Below are positions 25,050-38,959 of a DNA stretch of 64,000 nt, piece after piece. The notes under the pieces were generated by a model. That model was not told the DNA's origin and searched no databases. It worked only from the letters and a program-made list of their open reading frames with translations. Source of the DNA: the human T2T-CHM13v2.0 reference genome, Homo sapiens. Position numbers and translations under genes: made by a program. Numbering within the stretch: position 1 is the first letter of the stretch; each line of letters starts with the position of its first letter. Location: NCBI RefSeq assembly GCF_009914755.1, contig NC_060927.1, one strand, 5' to 3'.

Positions 25050-25320
25050 TTTTTAAAAAAATAAATTTCATTGTGTATGTTTATGATATATAGCATGATA
25101 TTATAAGACACACATGCATATTAAAATGGTTACTAAAATGTAACAGATGAATGTATACATCATCTCACATAGTTACCCTCCCCCCGATGCCCTTGGCAAG
25201 AACAGCTATAATCTACTCATTTAGCAAAATTCCTGAATATAATACAGGATTATTAATTATAGTTTTCAGGTTGTATTTTAAATCTTTCCACTTGTTCGTC
25301 TTACATATTTGCTATTTTTT
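25050..25320 (-). mobile_element. L1MA (MA8/9-like) 3' end
   Basis: catcatctcacatagttacc...ggcaagaacagctataatctactcatttagcaaa. Confidence 0.8.
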
Positions 25321-25339
25321 TTGCAATGGATAATGTACT

Positions 25340-25930
25340 TCTAAAATTTATATACATTTATGGGGTACAAGCGCAATTTTGTTACATGCATCGTGGTCAA
25401 TTCAAGACTTTCAGGGTATCCATCACCTGAATAATGTACAGTGTACTCATTAAGTATTTTTTCCTCATTCCCTCTCCTCTCACCCCATTACTCGTTCAAG
25501 TTTCCATTGTCTATCATTCCACTCTCTATACCAATGGTGTTCACCTTTTTTTTAAGCACCCACGTATGGGTGAGACCATGTGATATTTGTCTTTCTGTGT
25601 CTGCCTAGTTTCACTTGAGATAATGACCTCCAGTTCCATCCAAGTTGCTGCAAAAGCCATAATTCCATTCCTTTTTAATGGCTGAATAGTATTCCATTGT
25701 ATAGGTATACCACATTTTCTAAATCTAATCATCCATTGATGGATACTTAGGGTGATTCCATATCTTTGCTATTTTGAATAGTGCTGCAAGAAACATATGA
25801 GTTCACATGCTTTTTTTAAATATATTGATTTTTTTTTCCTTTGAGTAGACACCCAGTAGTGGGATTGCTGGATTGAATGGTAGTTCTAGTTTTAGTTCTT
25901 AAGAAATCCACATACTGTTTTCCATAGTGT
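25340..25930 (-). mobile_element. L1PB4/L1MA-type 3' fragment
   Basis: ggggtacaagcgcaattttgttacatg...gggtatccatcacctgaataatgtac. Minus-strand ORF remnant AFAATWMELEVIISSE. Confidence 0.85.
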
Positions 25931-26246
25931 TTCATCCTTATAACTCACCAAATTTCTATCTATATGTTATCTGTACTAATTTCTTTGGCAATCTCTTCCA
26001 ATCTCATGTTTTAAATATTATCTATCTGCTAATAACTTACATTTGCATCTCTAGTCTAGACTTCTCCCCTAGACTTCGGACTCCATATATCTAATTGCCT
26101 ACTCAGCATTTACATTTGGAGATCTAATAGGTATTTTAAAAGCCTTGCATGTCCAAAACCAAACTCCAGCTATTCACCCTTCAAATCTGTTTCTCTCAAA
26201 ATCATCTTCATCTCAGGAAATGGCAGCTTCATCTATCTAGTTATTC

Positions 26247-26294
26247 AACTTTGAATAACTTTGAATAACCCTGAATAACCCTGAAACTTTGAAT
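26247..26294. repeat. 10-bp tandem repeat aac(tt/cc)tgaat, ~5 units
   Basis: aactttgaat aactttgaat aaccctgaat aaccctga aactttgaat. Confidence 0.9.
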
Positions 26295-27079
26295 CAATCT
26301 CAATACCCCACACCCAACCCCTCAGCAGATCCTGTCCACTCTACTTCCCAAAGTACACATTTCTTACCACCTCCAATGTCACCACTCTTATACGTGGCAC
26401 CATCAAGCCTCATCTGAAATATTTTGATAGCTTTGTAGCTAGTTTCCTTGTTTCTTCCCTTGTCCATATTCAAGCTATTCCCAACACAGCAGCCACACAT
26501 ATGTCAGATCCTTTTCATTTATTCCTCAGAAACTGCCAATACCTTCCATCTCACTCTGAGTGACAACAAAGGCCTTATAATGTCCTAAAGTCCCCATATG
26601 ATCACTCTATAATCTCCCTAGATGATCCCCACCATTACCATTCTCATCTCCTGAAGCACATCTCCTATAACTCTGTGCTCCTCTCATGTCCCTCCACCCA
26701 TGCTGGCCTCTGTATTATTTCTCTGACATACCAGAGACAGTTTTCCCTCAGGACTTCCACAATGACTATGAATAACCTGTGCCTGGGATGATGTTTTGCC
26801 TAGATATGTGCCTGGCTTGATTTCTCGGCTTCTTAATTATGTTACTCAGAGTTCACCTTTTCATTGAAATCTTCCCTGACCCCTTATTTCTCTTCACCCT
26901 CCCCTTCTTCATTTTTCTACTTAAAAATGTATTTTCATACAGCATAGAGAACACTTTACTTATTTATCTTGTTATATCTCCACTAAAATGTAAGTTCTAT
27001 CAGGTTAGAATTTTTGTTGTTGTTGTTTTTTGTTTTGTTTTGTTCATTGCTCTGCCCTCAGCGCCTAACAAAATTTCCA

Positions 27080-27393
<314 letters not shown>

Positions 27394-27788
27394 TCACTGA
27401 ATACTGGGTTAATAAATGTATAAATGGTTACTTCTGAGTAGGCACTGACTGAAAAAATACAAGGCAAAAGTTTTTGTGAATACAGTTATGCCTTTAACTA
27501 AGTTCTCCTCTTTAAATCATAAAATCACATAATACATTCAAAGAGGAGCAGAAAAGGTATGCACAGGAGGATATTCTGAAACTCTCTTAAATTTTCAAAC
27601 TTACAGACAGTATTTGGAATGCACATGGGGTTTTCAAATCCCTTGTGATGACTTTCTGTTTCTCTCTGAGGTCCTTGATACAGAGATTGCGATCAGTGCT
27701 TAATAGTTCTGCCAATGTAATCTTGCCAAAATACAAAGCCTCAGCATGTCACTCCTCTGGTTAAAATCCTTTAGAATTGCTTATGACT

Positions 27789-28144
27789 TGATATAGTTTC
27801 ACTGTGTCCCCACCCAAATCTCACATTAAATTGTAGCTCTCATAATTCCCACGTGGAGGGATCCAGTGGGAGATAATTGAATCAGGGGGGCGGTTTCCCC
27901 CATGCTGTTCTTGTGGTAGTGAATAAGTCTCATGAGATCTGATAGTTTTATAAAGGGAAACCCCTTTCACTTGGTTCTCATTCTCTCTTATCTGCCACCC
28001 TGTAAAACGTGCCTTTCACCTTCTGCCATGATTGTGAGGCCTTTCTAGCCATGTGGAACTGTGAGTCCATTAAACTTCTTTTTCTTTATAAATTACCCAG
28101 TCTCAGGTATGTCTTTATTAACAGCATAAAAATGGACTACTACA
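27789..28144 (+). mobile_element. THE1B/C solo LTR
   Basis: tgatatagttt..ctgtgtccccacccaaatctca...gaactgtgagtccattaaac...ggactactaca. Confidence 0.92.
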
Positions 28145-28151
28145 TTCCTAT

Positions 28152-28341
28152 AGCAAAGCTTCTCAAATTCTCGTCTGCATCAGATTCATCAGGAAGGCTT
28201 CTTAAAACACAGACTGGTGAGTTGCATCTCAAAGTTTCAAATTCAATAAGTCTGGGGAGGCACCACAGAATTTCTATTTCTATCAAGCCCCCAGGTGATT
28301 CTGTTGTTGCTGGTGTTGGGACTGCACTTTTTAAATCACTA
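28152..28341 (-). mobile_element. MER5A
   Basis: gcatcagattca...cttaaaacacagact...ccccaggtgattctg..gctggt...cactttttaaatcact. Confidence 0.8.
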
Positions 28342-28679
28342 GGCTAAATAAAAAGTGAACAGGGTTGCTTGGCATATGTCTCCCACAAATGAATCTACAT
28401 GATGTATTTCAGAAGTAAGCCATATGGGCCTTCTAGGCAAGCCCACTGGGAGATTTCTTGGAATGCTTTTCCAGATTTACTCCTGATCAATCCTTCCATG
28501 GTTCCTACTCAGACTCCACTCTGCAATTTGATCCCTTGGGGTTGATATGAAGAATGGTTCTTACTCAGTCTCCAGAGAAACCCTTCCAGGGACATTCCTG
28601 AAAGCCCAGTCAGAAGACTAAGTTCTGGGAACCACTGGTGTCTACATTAGTCAGCCATCTGTAGCCACCAGCCAACAAG

Positions 28680-28950
28680 GTATGATAACAACGAAAGCCA
28701 GTATTTATCTAAGCACTTACTACGTGCCCGGATATTTGCTAAGAACTTTACACATATTATCTTATTTAATCCTCTCAAAAATCCTACAAGGCAGGTGCCA
28801 TTATCTCTATAGATGAGAAAATGGAACTTCATCAAGATTAAGTATTAATTAAATAATAACTAAATAGCTTGTTAGTGGCAAAGCTTGGACTTGAGCCCAG
28901 ACATTCAAATTCCAGAGGCCAAAATCACAACCACATTTCTGTACTACCTT
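28680..28950 (-). mobile_element. MIR
   Basis: atttatctaagcacttactacgtgcc...atttaatcctc...atagatgagaaaatgga. Confidence 0.85.
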
Positions 28951-29367
28951 TTCCTAAATATAAATCTGCAAAGATAAAAACTAAAATGATTAAAGTATTT
29001 GGTTCTCAACCTGAATGGAGAATGTTCAGGCCAAACTGACAATCACAACTGAATCAATTTTTAAAATGATTAGTATTGTAAGGTTTATTTGTCTCCAAAT
29101 CAATTTTTACTTTTTTCTTCACTTAAAACTGTATTTTCATCAAATAGTTAAAAATTTAAAAATTGTTAAAATTCTAACCCAAAAAAATTAATGAAGAAAA
29201 ATTATTCAAAAACTTCTAAAATTTTAAGCGGCTACAAATTAGTCTGATACAGTGCCCAAGATATGCTAATTTTCCTTGTAGTAGCTATTATCTTGCATTT
29301 GGGCCCATGGCTTCCATCATTTGCATTTAAAATACAGTACTGATAAAGCCCAGGCAAAGGTATATTT

Positions 29368-29532
29368 CAACCTTGATACTCAGTAGTCTGTGAACCAACT
29401 GCATGGGCAAAACCTGGGGGCTTCTCAGAACTGCAGAATCTCAGATACCACCCCACACCTCCTCAATCAGCATCAGATCCCAGGTGGTCACGTTATGTAC
29501 TTGTTACTAAATTTTAAATCCAGGCATACTGG
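29368..29532 (+). mobile_element. MER5A1-like MITE
   Basis: acctgggggctt...tgcagaatctcag...agatcccaggtg. Confidence 0.6.
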
Positions 29533-29569
29533 TAAGAAGTGTCATATTGTTAAAGTGCCCTGGTCCACA

Positions 29570-30135
29570 TGAGGCAGAATAAGTAGTCAAGGAACTGACC
29601 GTGTTCTCTGGATGCAGCAACCCTGGTGACTGTAGAGCCAACACAATAAGCCTCAGCATTTGCACTGTAATTGAGCTCACTCAAGCAAAGCTATCTCCAG
29701 TAGGGAATTTCCTCTGGAGAGAGCACGCGCACTTTAATTTTACCGATCCTCAAACTGATCCTTTGCTCATTTTAATAGTAAAAAAACACACCCCTGGGTA
29801 GAGATTTAAGATGCTAATGAGACATATGACGTATGAACAAGCATGTATAGCTACTGCACTTGTGCACCCAGAGGACCACCCAAAACATGCTTATTCTTTC
29901 CACCCCCTCATGAATAATCATGTAAGACTCTCTAGCGCCAGTCCGATCCTTAGAAGCAGCCCGACTGGAACTCTCTCTCTCAGAGTATAATGTCTATTCT
30001 GCACCTAACTTACAAAATATTCTTTTTCCCCTGCAGTAAATTACTCTATGCTGCATCTCTTTTGCTGTGTGTTTCTTGTTTAAATTCTTTTAAACTAAGA
30101 AGACAAGAACCCAGATAGTACATCAGCCATCAACA
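29570..30135 (+). mobile_element. ERV1 (MER4-group) solo LTR, subfamily not resolved
   Basis: TG...CA ends (tgaggcagaata...atcaaca). gatgctaatgagacat, atgaataatcatg and U5-like aaattcttttaaactaagaagacaagaacc. Confidence 0.8.
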
Positions 30136-30249
30136 CAATCAGGAGAACTCTCTCTCTCATAACTAGCTGTATGACCTCAGATGATTTCACTTCTCTTGGC
30201 CTATATTTTTTCATTTGAAAAATAAGGAGAAAGAAAAGTGGACCTAGAA

Positions 30250-30433
30250 TAGTGGTTGTGAAACTTAGCTGCGCACTAGAATCATCTAGTGTGGGATCTT
30301 GAAAAAATACTAATGCCCAGTTCTCACCTCTAGAGAATCTAATTTAAATTGGTTGGGGGTATGGCCTGGGCATTGGAATTTCAAAAACTTTCCTCAGGTG
30401 ACTGAAATGTGCAGCCAAGGCTGAGAGCCACTG
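30250..30433. mobile_element. MER5B
   Basis: TIR-like tagtggtt...ccactg. 8-bp TSD (a/g)cctagaa at 30242-30249 and 30434-30441. Confidence 0.85.
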
Positions 30434-30441
30434 GCCTAGAA

Positions 30442-30927
30442 TAGCTATTCTTAAGTATAGTCCCTAGACCAGCAGCATCGTCATCATCGGGAAACTTGAT
30501 AGAAATACAAATTCTGGCCAGGTGCAGTGACTCAAATCCCAGTACTTTGGGAGGCTGAGGCAGGAGGATCCCTCCAGCCCAGAAGTTCTAAACCAGCCTG
30601 GGCAACATCGTGAGACCCTAGTCTCTACAAAAATTTAAATGTTATCCTGGTGTGGTGGTACACATCTGTACTCCCAGTTACTCAGGAGGCTGAGATGGGA
30701 AGATCACTTGAGCTCAGGAGTTCAGGGCTTCAGTGAGCTATGACTGTGCCACTGCACTGGAGCCTGGGCAACAGAACAAGACCCTGTCTCAAAAAAAATG
30801 CCAATTCTCAGGCCCTACCTCAGATATACTGAATCCGAAGCCAAAAGCTCTGGGAGTGAGGCCCAGCAATCTGTGTTTCACAAGCTCTCTGAGTGATTCT
30901 GCTGCAAATTCCGGTTTGAGAAGAGTG
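30442..30927 (+). mobile_element. MER5A interrupted by AluJ
   Basis: gaccagcagcatc...gaaatacaaattct // caggccctacctcaga...ggcccagcaatctgtgttt...gtttgagaa. Confidence 0.85.
30516..30797 (+). mobile_element. AluJ
   Basis: ggaggatc, gggcaacatcgtgagacc and gtgagctatga diagnostics. Degenerate TSD aaat(a/g)c(a/c)aattct. Confidence 0.93.
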
Positions 30928-32054
30928 ACTTGGAGAAGTCATCAAGGTCTTTTTCTTTCTGTGTAGCTATAAATTTAGCACATATTTCTGATTGGCTATG
31001 TTAACAATATGTTTGCCCCATGAGTCCTCTGGCATTTAATTTAAAGACCTTCTATTGTAGGGTAGTAGTGGGGTTTGGGAAGAAAAAGGAGGTTCTCAGA
31101 ATGATTTCCATATGGTGACAAAAAGTCCGTGATTGCAACCACGCAATTATTTGTACCTTTTTCCTGTAAGATTAACTTGATAATGGAGCAGGGAGATAAA
31201 CAGTATATGCCCATGTGCTAAATGACACGCTTTGCTTAGAATTTCTTCTATTTAATTTTTAAAAAACATATCCTTTCTTATCAAAAGAAAGTTGTAACAG
31301 GTTTTTTTTTTCTTTTTTCTAGTGGACAAAGTTTATTCGAAAACATACTCTTGCGGTTTATATCCTTAGAAAGGAGCATAATGACTTTGCCCCCTCCATT
31401 GCTATACTGGTTGTCTATGAGTCCCCTAAAAGGTCTCAGCCAGCGTCAGTGCTTACTCTGTACGTTCCAAGACTCAGGAACCAGTCAGTCCATTTAAGAT
31501 TCTTACCTTCAGGTAGAACGCTGAAGCAGAGTGGGTGAGATAAGAATATTGATGGACATTTCATTTGATATGAAGAAAGGGCAACTAAAATCTTTAGACA
31601 GGCTCTGTCTCTCGGTGGTCTAAAATAGCCTTCCCATGGTTATAAAAAGAAATAGTCCAGAGAAGAGAGCATCAACATTTGGCAGATCCTAAAAAAGACT
31701 CCACACAAACAGAGGAAAATCCCCATCTTCAAATATAAAAAAGTAACTTATTTTTTTGCTTTGAGTTTCTTTGAGATTTAATAATCAAAATGAGGACAAG
31801 AAAATCCTATTTGGTAGGCTACCTAATTTACTTTAAAATATTTTCGATTCTTAAATCCCTTAGCAATGATACTAATATCATTTCAGACTATTTTAAGTTA
31901 TGCACGTGAAATGCTATACTTTATGGAAAAGATGCATTTATAAATCCACAAAGCCTCTCCACTTTATTTTATAAGGATCATCATGGAGTCTGGAGCCAAG
32001 CCTCACATTTTAAGTCAGAACTGTAACAGTATCCTATCTTAAAGAGATATTTGT

Positions 32055-32356
<302 letters not shown>

Positions 32357-33328
32357 GAGGTATTTGCAAACACAGGAGAGCAGCAGGGGTGGTGCTAAGT
32401 CCCAAAGGGGACAAGTAAAGTAAGTCAATGGCAGCCCCCAGCAAAGTTGCTGTTTCTAACAGACCTGCTTTACAATAGCATTTCCCTTCCCTGTGGTTGA
32501 GTAAAATAGCAAGCAGCTCTGAATAAAACCTTTTCCTTCAGCACTACTGTGTGAACAACAGACATTTTGTAGGATGTTTGTATCTATCCTTCTTCCTCTC
32601 TCGTCCTCTCCCCTTTGCTCTTGAAAACCACCAAAGCTTGTAACTATCTAGTGCTTAGGTCTTGTTTGCCTTGCTCTTCTCATGGCCAAGAAATGCAATG
32701 GCACCCACAAATCAGGCCCAGGCCTGCTTCTCAGGAGTCTAGGCTCCTCCTGCTAGAGGAAGTTGCAAGTTGGTTGTGCTCCCAGATGGGCTAGTAATAA
32801 GGCGTGGGCGCCACAGTGCCTCTGATATTCAGTGTTGCTTTTCCTCAAAAAGCAGCATCGTCAGACCCATGAACATTCCATGTCTCACACCTCACATTCT
32901 CTCTGAATTCTTCCCCCAATATGATCTAGATTCTTTTGCCAACTTCCACACAAAGGAGATCAGATCCTCTTCTCCATGTTTCAAACCAATTTTGAAGCCT
33001 GCTGGCACCGAACAAAGGTCCTAGAACTTGCAAGTGACCCTGACTGCCTTCTACAGTGTATCTACAGTATATTTGGTTTCATCCACCGGATTTTTCTGTC
33101 TTCTCCTCCATTTCTCATACCTGTGTGAGCTTGTACTACTTTTGGATGTTGGGTCTATGACCTGGTTGTCCTCAATTAGTTCCCTGGCTCGGATACAGCC
33201 CTTTGAGTCCTAGCTCACATATTTGTCACCCAGCCATGTGCTTCCTTCCAGTCTTGATGCCTCAGAGCTGAGCCTGCTCATGTTAGGCCCCAGGCAGTTT
33301 CCCCAATATTATAAAGGGTAAAAAACAA

Positions 33329-36300
33329 AGGAAAGCTAACAAAGAGAAAGGAAGAGCATGTCCACTCAGAGACCCCATCCAAAGGTCACCAACATCAAAG
33401 ACGAAAGGTAGATAAATCCACAAAGATAGGGAGAAACCAGCACAAAAAGGGTGAAAATTCCAAAAACCAGAACGTCTCTTCTCCTCCAAAGGATCAAAAC
33501 TCCTCGCCAGCAAGGAAACAAAACTGCATGGAGAATAAGTTTGACAAATTGACCGAAGTATGCTTCAGAAGGTGGGTAATAACAAACTCCTCAGAGCTAA
33601 AGGAGCGTGTTCTAACCCAATGCAAGGAAGCAAAGAACCTTGAAAAAAGGTTAGACGAATTGCTAACTAGAATAACCAGTTTAGAGAAGAACATAAATGA
33701 CCTGAAGGAGCTGAAAAACACAGCATGAGAACTTCGTGAAGCATACACAAATATCAAATAGCCGAATTTATCAAGCGAAAGAAAGGATATCAGAGATTGA
33801 AGATCGATTTAATGAAATAAAGAAGACAAGATTAGAGAAAAAAGAATAAGAAGGAATGAACAAAGCCTCCAAGAAATATGGGACTATGTGAAAAGACCAA
33901 ATCTACATTTGATTGATGTGCTTGAAAGTGACAGGGAGAATAGAACCAAGTTGGAGAACACTCTTCAGGATATTATCCAGGAGAACTTCCTCAACCTAGC
34001 AAGGCAGGCCAACATTCAAATTCAGGGAATACAGAGAACACCACGAAGATACTCCTTGAGAAGAGCAACCCCAAGACACATAATGGTCAGATTTACCATG
34101 GTGGAAATGAAGGAAAAAATGTTAAGGGCAGCCAGAGAGAAAGGTCAGGTTACCCACAAAGGGAAGCCCATCAGATTAACAGTGGATCTCTCTGCAGGAA
34201 CCCTACAAGCCAGAAGAGAGTGGGGGCCAATATTCAACATTCTCAAAGAAAAGAATGTTCAAGCTAGAATTTCATATCCAGCCAAACTAAGCTTCATAAG
34301 CAAAGGAGAAATAAAATCCTTTACAGACAAGCAAAAGCTGAGAGATTTTTGTCACCACCAGGCCTGCCTTAAAAGAGCTCCTGAAGGAAGCACTACACAT
34401 AGAAAGGAGCATCCAGTACCAGCCACTGCAAAAACAAACCAAATTGTAAAGACCATCGACACTATGAAGGAACTGCATCAACTAATGGGCAAAATAACCA
34501 GCTAGCATCATAATGACAGGCTCAAATTCGCACATAACAATATTAACCTTAAATGTAACAGGGCTAAATGACCCAATTAAAAGACACACAATGGCTCATT
34601 GCATAGAGTCAAGACCCATCAATGTGCTGTATTCAGGAGACCCATCTCATATGCAAAGACACACATAGGCTCAAAATAAAGGGATGCAGGAATATTTACC
34701 AAGCAAATGGAAAGCCCAAAAAAAAAAAAAAAAAAAAAAAAGCAGGAGTTGCAATCCTAATGTCTGATCAAACAGACTTTAAACCAACAAAGATCAAAAG
34801 AGACAAAAAGGGCATTACATAAGGGTAAAGGGATCAATGCAACAAGAAGAGCTAACTATACTAAATATATACGCACCCAGGACAGGAGCACCCAGATTCA
34901 TAAAGAAAGTTCTTAGAGACTTACAAAGAGACTTAAACTCCCACACAATATTAGTGGGAGAATTTAACACCCCACTGTCAATATTAGACAGATCAACAAG
35001 ACAGAAAGTTAACAAGGATATTCAGGACTTGAACTCAGCTCTGGACCAAGCAGACCTAATAGACATCTACACAACTCTCCACCCCAAATCAACAGAATAT
35101 ACATTCTTCTCAGCACTACATCACACTTATTCTAAAATTGACCACATAATTGGAAGTAAAACACCCTTAGCAAATGCAAAAGAACAGAAATAATAACAAA
35201 CAGTCTCTCAGACCACAGTGCAATCAAATTAGTACGCAGGATTAAGAAACTCACTCAAAACTGAACAATTACATGAAAACTGAACAATGTGCTCCTGAAT
35301 GACTACTGGATAAATAACAAAATGAGGGCAGAAATAAAGATGTTCTTTGAAACCAAAGAGAACAAAGACACGATGTACCAGAATTTCTGGGACACATTTA
35401 AAGCAGCGTGTAGAGGGAAATTTATAGCACTAGAAGCCCACAAGAAAAAGCAGGAAAGATCCAAAATCAACACCCTAACATCACAATTAAAAGAACTAGA
35501 GAAACAAGAACAAATAAATTCAAAAGCCAGCAGAAGGCAAGAAATAACTAAGATCAGAGCGGAACTGAAGGAGATAGAAACACGAAAAACCCTTCAAAAA
35601 ATCAATGAATCCAGGAGCTGTTTTTTCGAAAAGATCAACAAAATAGATAGACCGCTAGCCAGATTAATAAAGAAGAAGACAGAGAAGAATCAAATAGATG
35701 CAATAAAAAATGATACAGGGGATATCACAACTGATCCCAAAGAAATACAAACTACCATCAGAGAACAGTATAAACACTCCTACACAAATAAACTAGAAAA
35801 TCTAGAATAAATGGATAAATTCCTGGGCACATACACCCGTCCAAATCTAAACCAGGAAAAGTCGAATCTCTGCATAGAACAATAACAAGTTCTGAAATTG
35901 ATGAATAATTAATAGCCTACCAACCAAAGAAAGTCCAGGACCAGAAAAATTGACAGCTGAATTCTACCAGAGGTACGAACAGTAGCTGGTACCATTCCTT
36001 CTGAAACTATTCCAAGCAATAGAAAAAGACAGAATCCTCCCTAACTCATTTTATGAGGCCAGCATCATCCTGACACCAAAACCCGGCAGAGACATAACAA
36101 AAAAAATTTCAGGCCAATATCCCTGATAAATATTAATGTGCAAGTCCTCAATAAAATACTGGCAAACCAAATCCAGCAGCACATCAAAAAGTTTATCCAC
36201 CACGATCAAGTCGGCTTCATACCTGGGAGGCAAGGCTGGTTCAACATACACAAATCAATATACATAATCCATCACATAAACAGAACCAATGACAAAAACC

Positions 36301-38501
36301 ACATGATTATCTCAATAGATGTAGAGAAGGCCTTCGACAAAATTCAACACCCCTTCATGCTAAAAACTCTCAATAAACTAGATATCGATGGAACATATTT
36401 CAAAATAATAAGAGCTATTTATGATAAACCCACAGCCAATATCATACCGAATGGGCAAAAACTGGAAGCATTCCCTTTGAAAACCGGCATAAGACAAGGA
36501 TGCCCTCTCTCACCACTCCTATTCAACATAATACTGGAAGTTCTGGCCAGGGCAATCAGGCAGGAGAAAGAAATAAAGGATACTCAAATAGGTAAAGAAG
36601 AAGTCAAATTATCTCTGTTTGCGGATGACATGATCGTATATTTAGAAAACTCCATCATCTCAGCCCAAAATCTCCTTAAGCAGATAAACAACTTCAGCAA
36701 AATCTCAGGATACAAAATCAATGTGCAAAAATCACAAGCGTTCCTGTACACCAATAACAAACAGAGAGCCAAATCATGATTGAACTCTCATTCACAATTG
36801 CTACTAAGATAATAAAATACCTAGGAATACGACTTACAAGGGATACGAAGGACCTCTTCAAGAACTACAAACCACTGATCAAGGAAATAAGAGAGGATGA
36901 AAACAAATGGAAAAAGTTTGCATGCTCATGGATAGGAAGAACCAATATCGTGAAAATGCCTATACTGCCCGAAGTGATTTATAGAGTTAATGCTATCCCC
37001 ATCAAGCTACCATTGACTTTCTTCATAGAATAGGAGAAAACTGCTTTAAACTTCATATGGAACCAAAAAAGAGCCCGCATAGCCAAGAGAATTCTAAGCA
37101 AAAAGAACAAAGCTGGAGACATTACCCTACCTGACTTCAAACTATACTACAAGGCTGTAGTAACCAGAACAGCATAGTACTGGTACCAAAAGAGATATAT
37201 AGACCAATGGAACAGAACAGAGCCCTCAGAAATAAAACAACACATCTACAGCCATCTGATCTTTGACAAACTTGACACAAAGAAGCAATGGGAAAAGGAT
37301 TCCCTATTTAATAAGTGGTGGTGGGAAAACTGGCTAGCTATATGCAGAAAACTGAAACTGGACCCCTTTCTTACACCTTATACAAAAATTAACTCAAAAA
37401 TGGACTAAATACTTAAACATAAGACCTAAAACCATAAAAATTCTAGAAGAAAAGCTAGGCAATACCATTCAGGACATAGGCATGGGCAAAGAATTTATGT
37501 CCAAAACACCAAAAGCCATGGCAACAAAAGCCAAAATTGACAAATGGTATCTAATTAAACTAAAGACCTTCTGCACAGCAAAAGAAACTATCATCAGAGG
37601 GAACAGGCAACCTACAGAATGGGAGAAAATTTTTGTAATCTATCCATCTGACAAAAGGCTAATATCCAGAATCTACAAAGAACTTAAACAAATTTACAAG
37701 AAAAAAACAACCCCATCAAAAATGGGCAAAGGATATGAACAGACACTTCTCAAAAGGAGACATTTATGCAGCCAAGAAACATATGAAAAAATGCTCATCA
37801 CTGGTCATTAGAGAAATGCAAATCAAAACCGCAATGAGATACCATCTCACGCCAGTCAGAATGGCAATCATTAAAAAGTCAGGAAACAACAGATGCTGGA
37901 GAGGATGTGGAGAAATAGGAACACTTACACTGTTGGTGGGAGTATAAATTAGTTCAACCACTGTGGAAAACAGTGTGACAATTCCTCAAGGATCTAGAAC
38001 CAGAAATACCATTTGATCCAGCAATCCCATTATTGGGTATATACCCCAAGGATTATAAATCATTCAACTATAAAGACACAAGCACACATATGTTTACTGT
38101 GGCACTATTCACAATAGCAAAGACTTGGAACCAACCCAAATGTCCATCAATGATAGACTAGATAAAGAAAATGTGGCCATAAAAAAGGATGAGTTCATGT
38201 CCTTTGCAGGGACATGGATGAAGCTGGAAACCATCATTCTCAGCAAACTAACACAGGAACAGAAAACCAAACACCGCATGTTCTCACTCATACGTGGGAG
38301 TTGAACAGTGAGAACACATGGACACAGGGAGTGAACATCACACATCGCGGCCTGTCGGGTGGTGGAGGGCTAGGAGAGGGATAGCATTAGGAGAAATACC
38401 TAATGTAAGTGACGGGTTGATGGGTGCAGCAAACCACCATGTCACGTGTATACCTATGTAACAAAACTGCACGTTCTGCCCATGTATCCCAGAACTTAAA
38501 G

Positions 38502-38540
<39 letters not shown>
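33329..38540 (+). mobile_element. L1PA7-like LINE-1, ~5.2 kb, lacking most of 5'UTR; ORF1/ORF2 inactivated
   Basis: ORF1 remnants (33528-33728, 33888-34505; start codon reads ATA). ORF2 EN pieces (CCIQETH, LNIYAP, DHIIGSK) and RT piece 36138-36779 with RQGCPLSP and LFADDM. Many stops/frameshifts. (TAA)n tail. Confidence 0.97.
38504..38538. repeat. (TAA)n microsatellite derived from L1 tail
   Basis: Direct read. Confidence 0.95.
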
Positions 38541-38541
<1 letters not shown>

Positions 38542-38959
38542 GCAGACGTCCACCTAAAATGTACAACAAATATGGTGGCATTTTATCTACCAGACTCAGG
38601 TTATGGAAAAACAGAATTTAACGTTTTACCAGAACACAGAGATTCAAGACCTGTGTGACAGCATTGCAGGACACATATCCACTTTTAAAGAAACAAAAGG
38701 CATTCAATTAAAAAACTTCTTTACTTACCTTTTTGAAACAAAATTGAGAACACCTGAATTTGTGATGATCAAATAAGCAATAGAAACCCTACAACTTTCT
38801 GAGAACCTACAGTATACATCAGTTGCTTTTCCAAGGTTAGTGCAGTTAATTCTTACAGCATCAAAACAAGTTATGTATTTTTGCCACTTTACAGGTGAGA
38901 AAGTGTGGTCAGGAGCTTCCCCAATGTACTCAGCTAGTGAGGGGCAGAGGAGATTCAAG

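Noticed and set aside
26247-26294. Short repeats as CRISPR-like array
   Set aside because: Contiguous tandem units without spacers, in a mammalian context.
33528-37947. Longest ORFs in the track (205, 213 and 173 aa) including an RT motif
   Set aside because: Fragments of a dead L1 ORF1/ORF2 broken by stops and frameshifts. Not a novel RT system or host gene.
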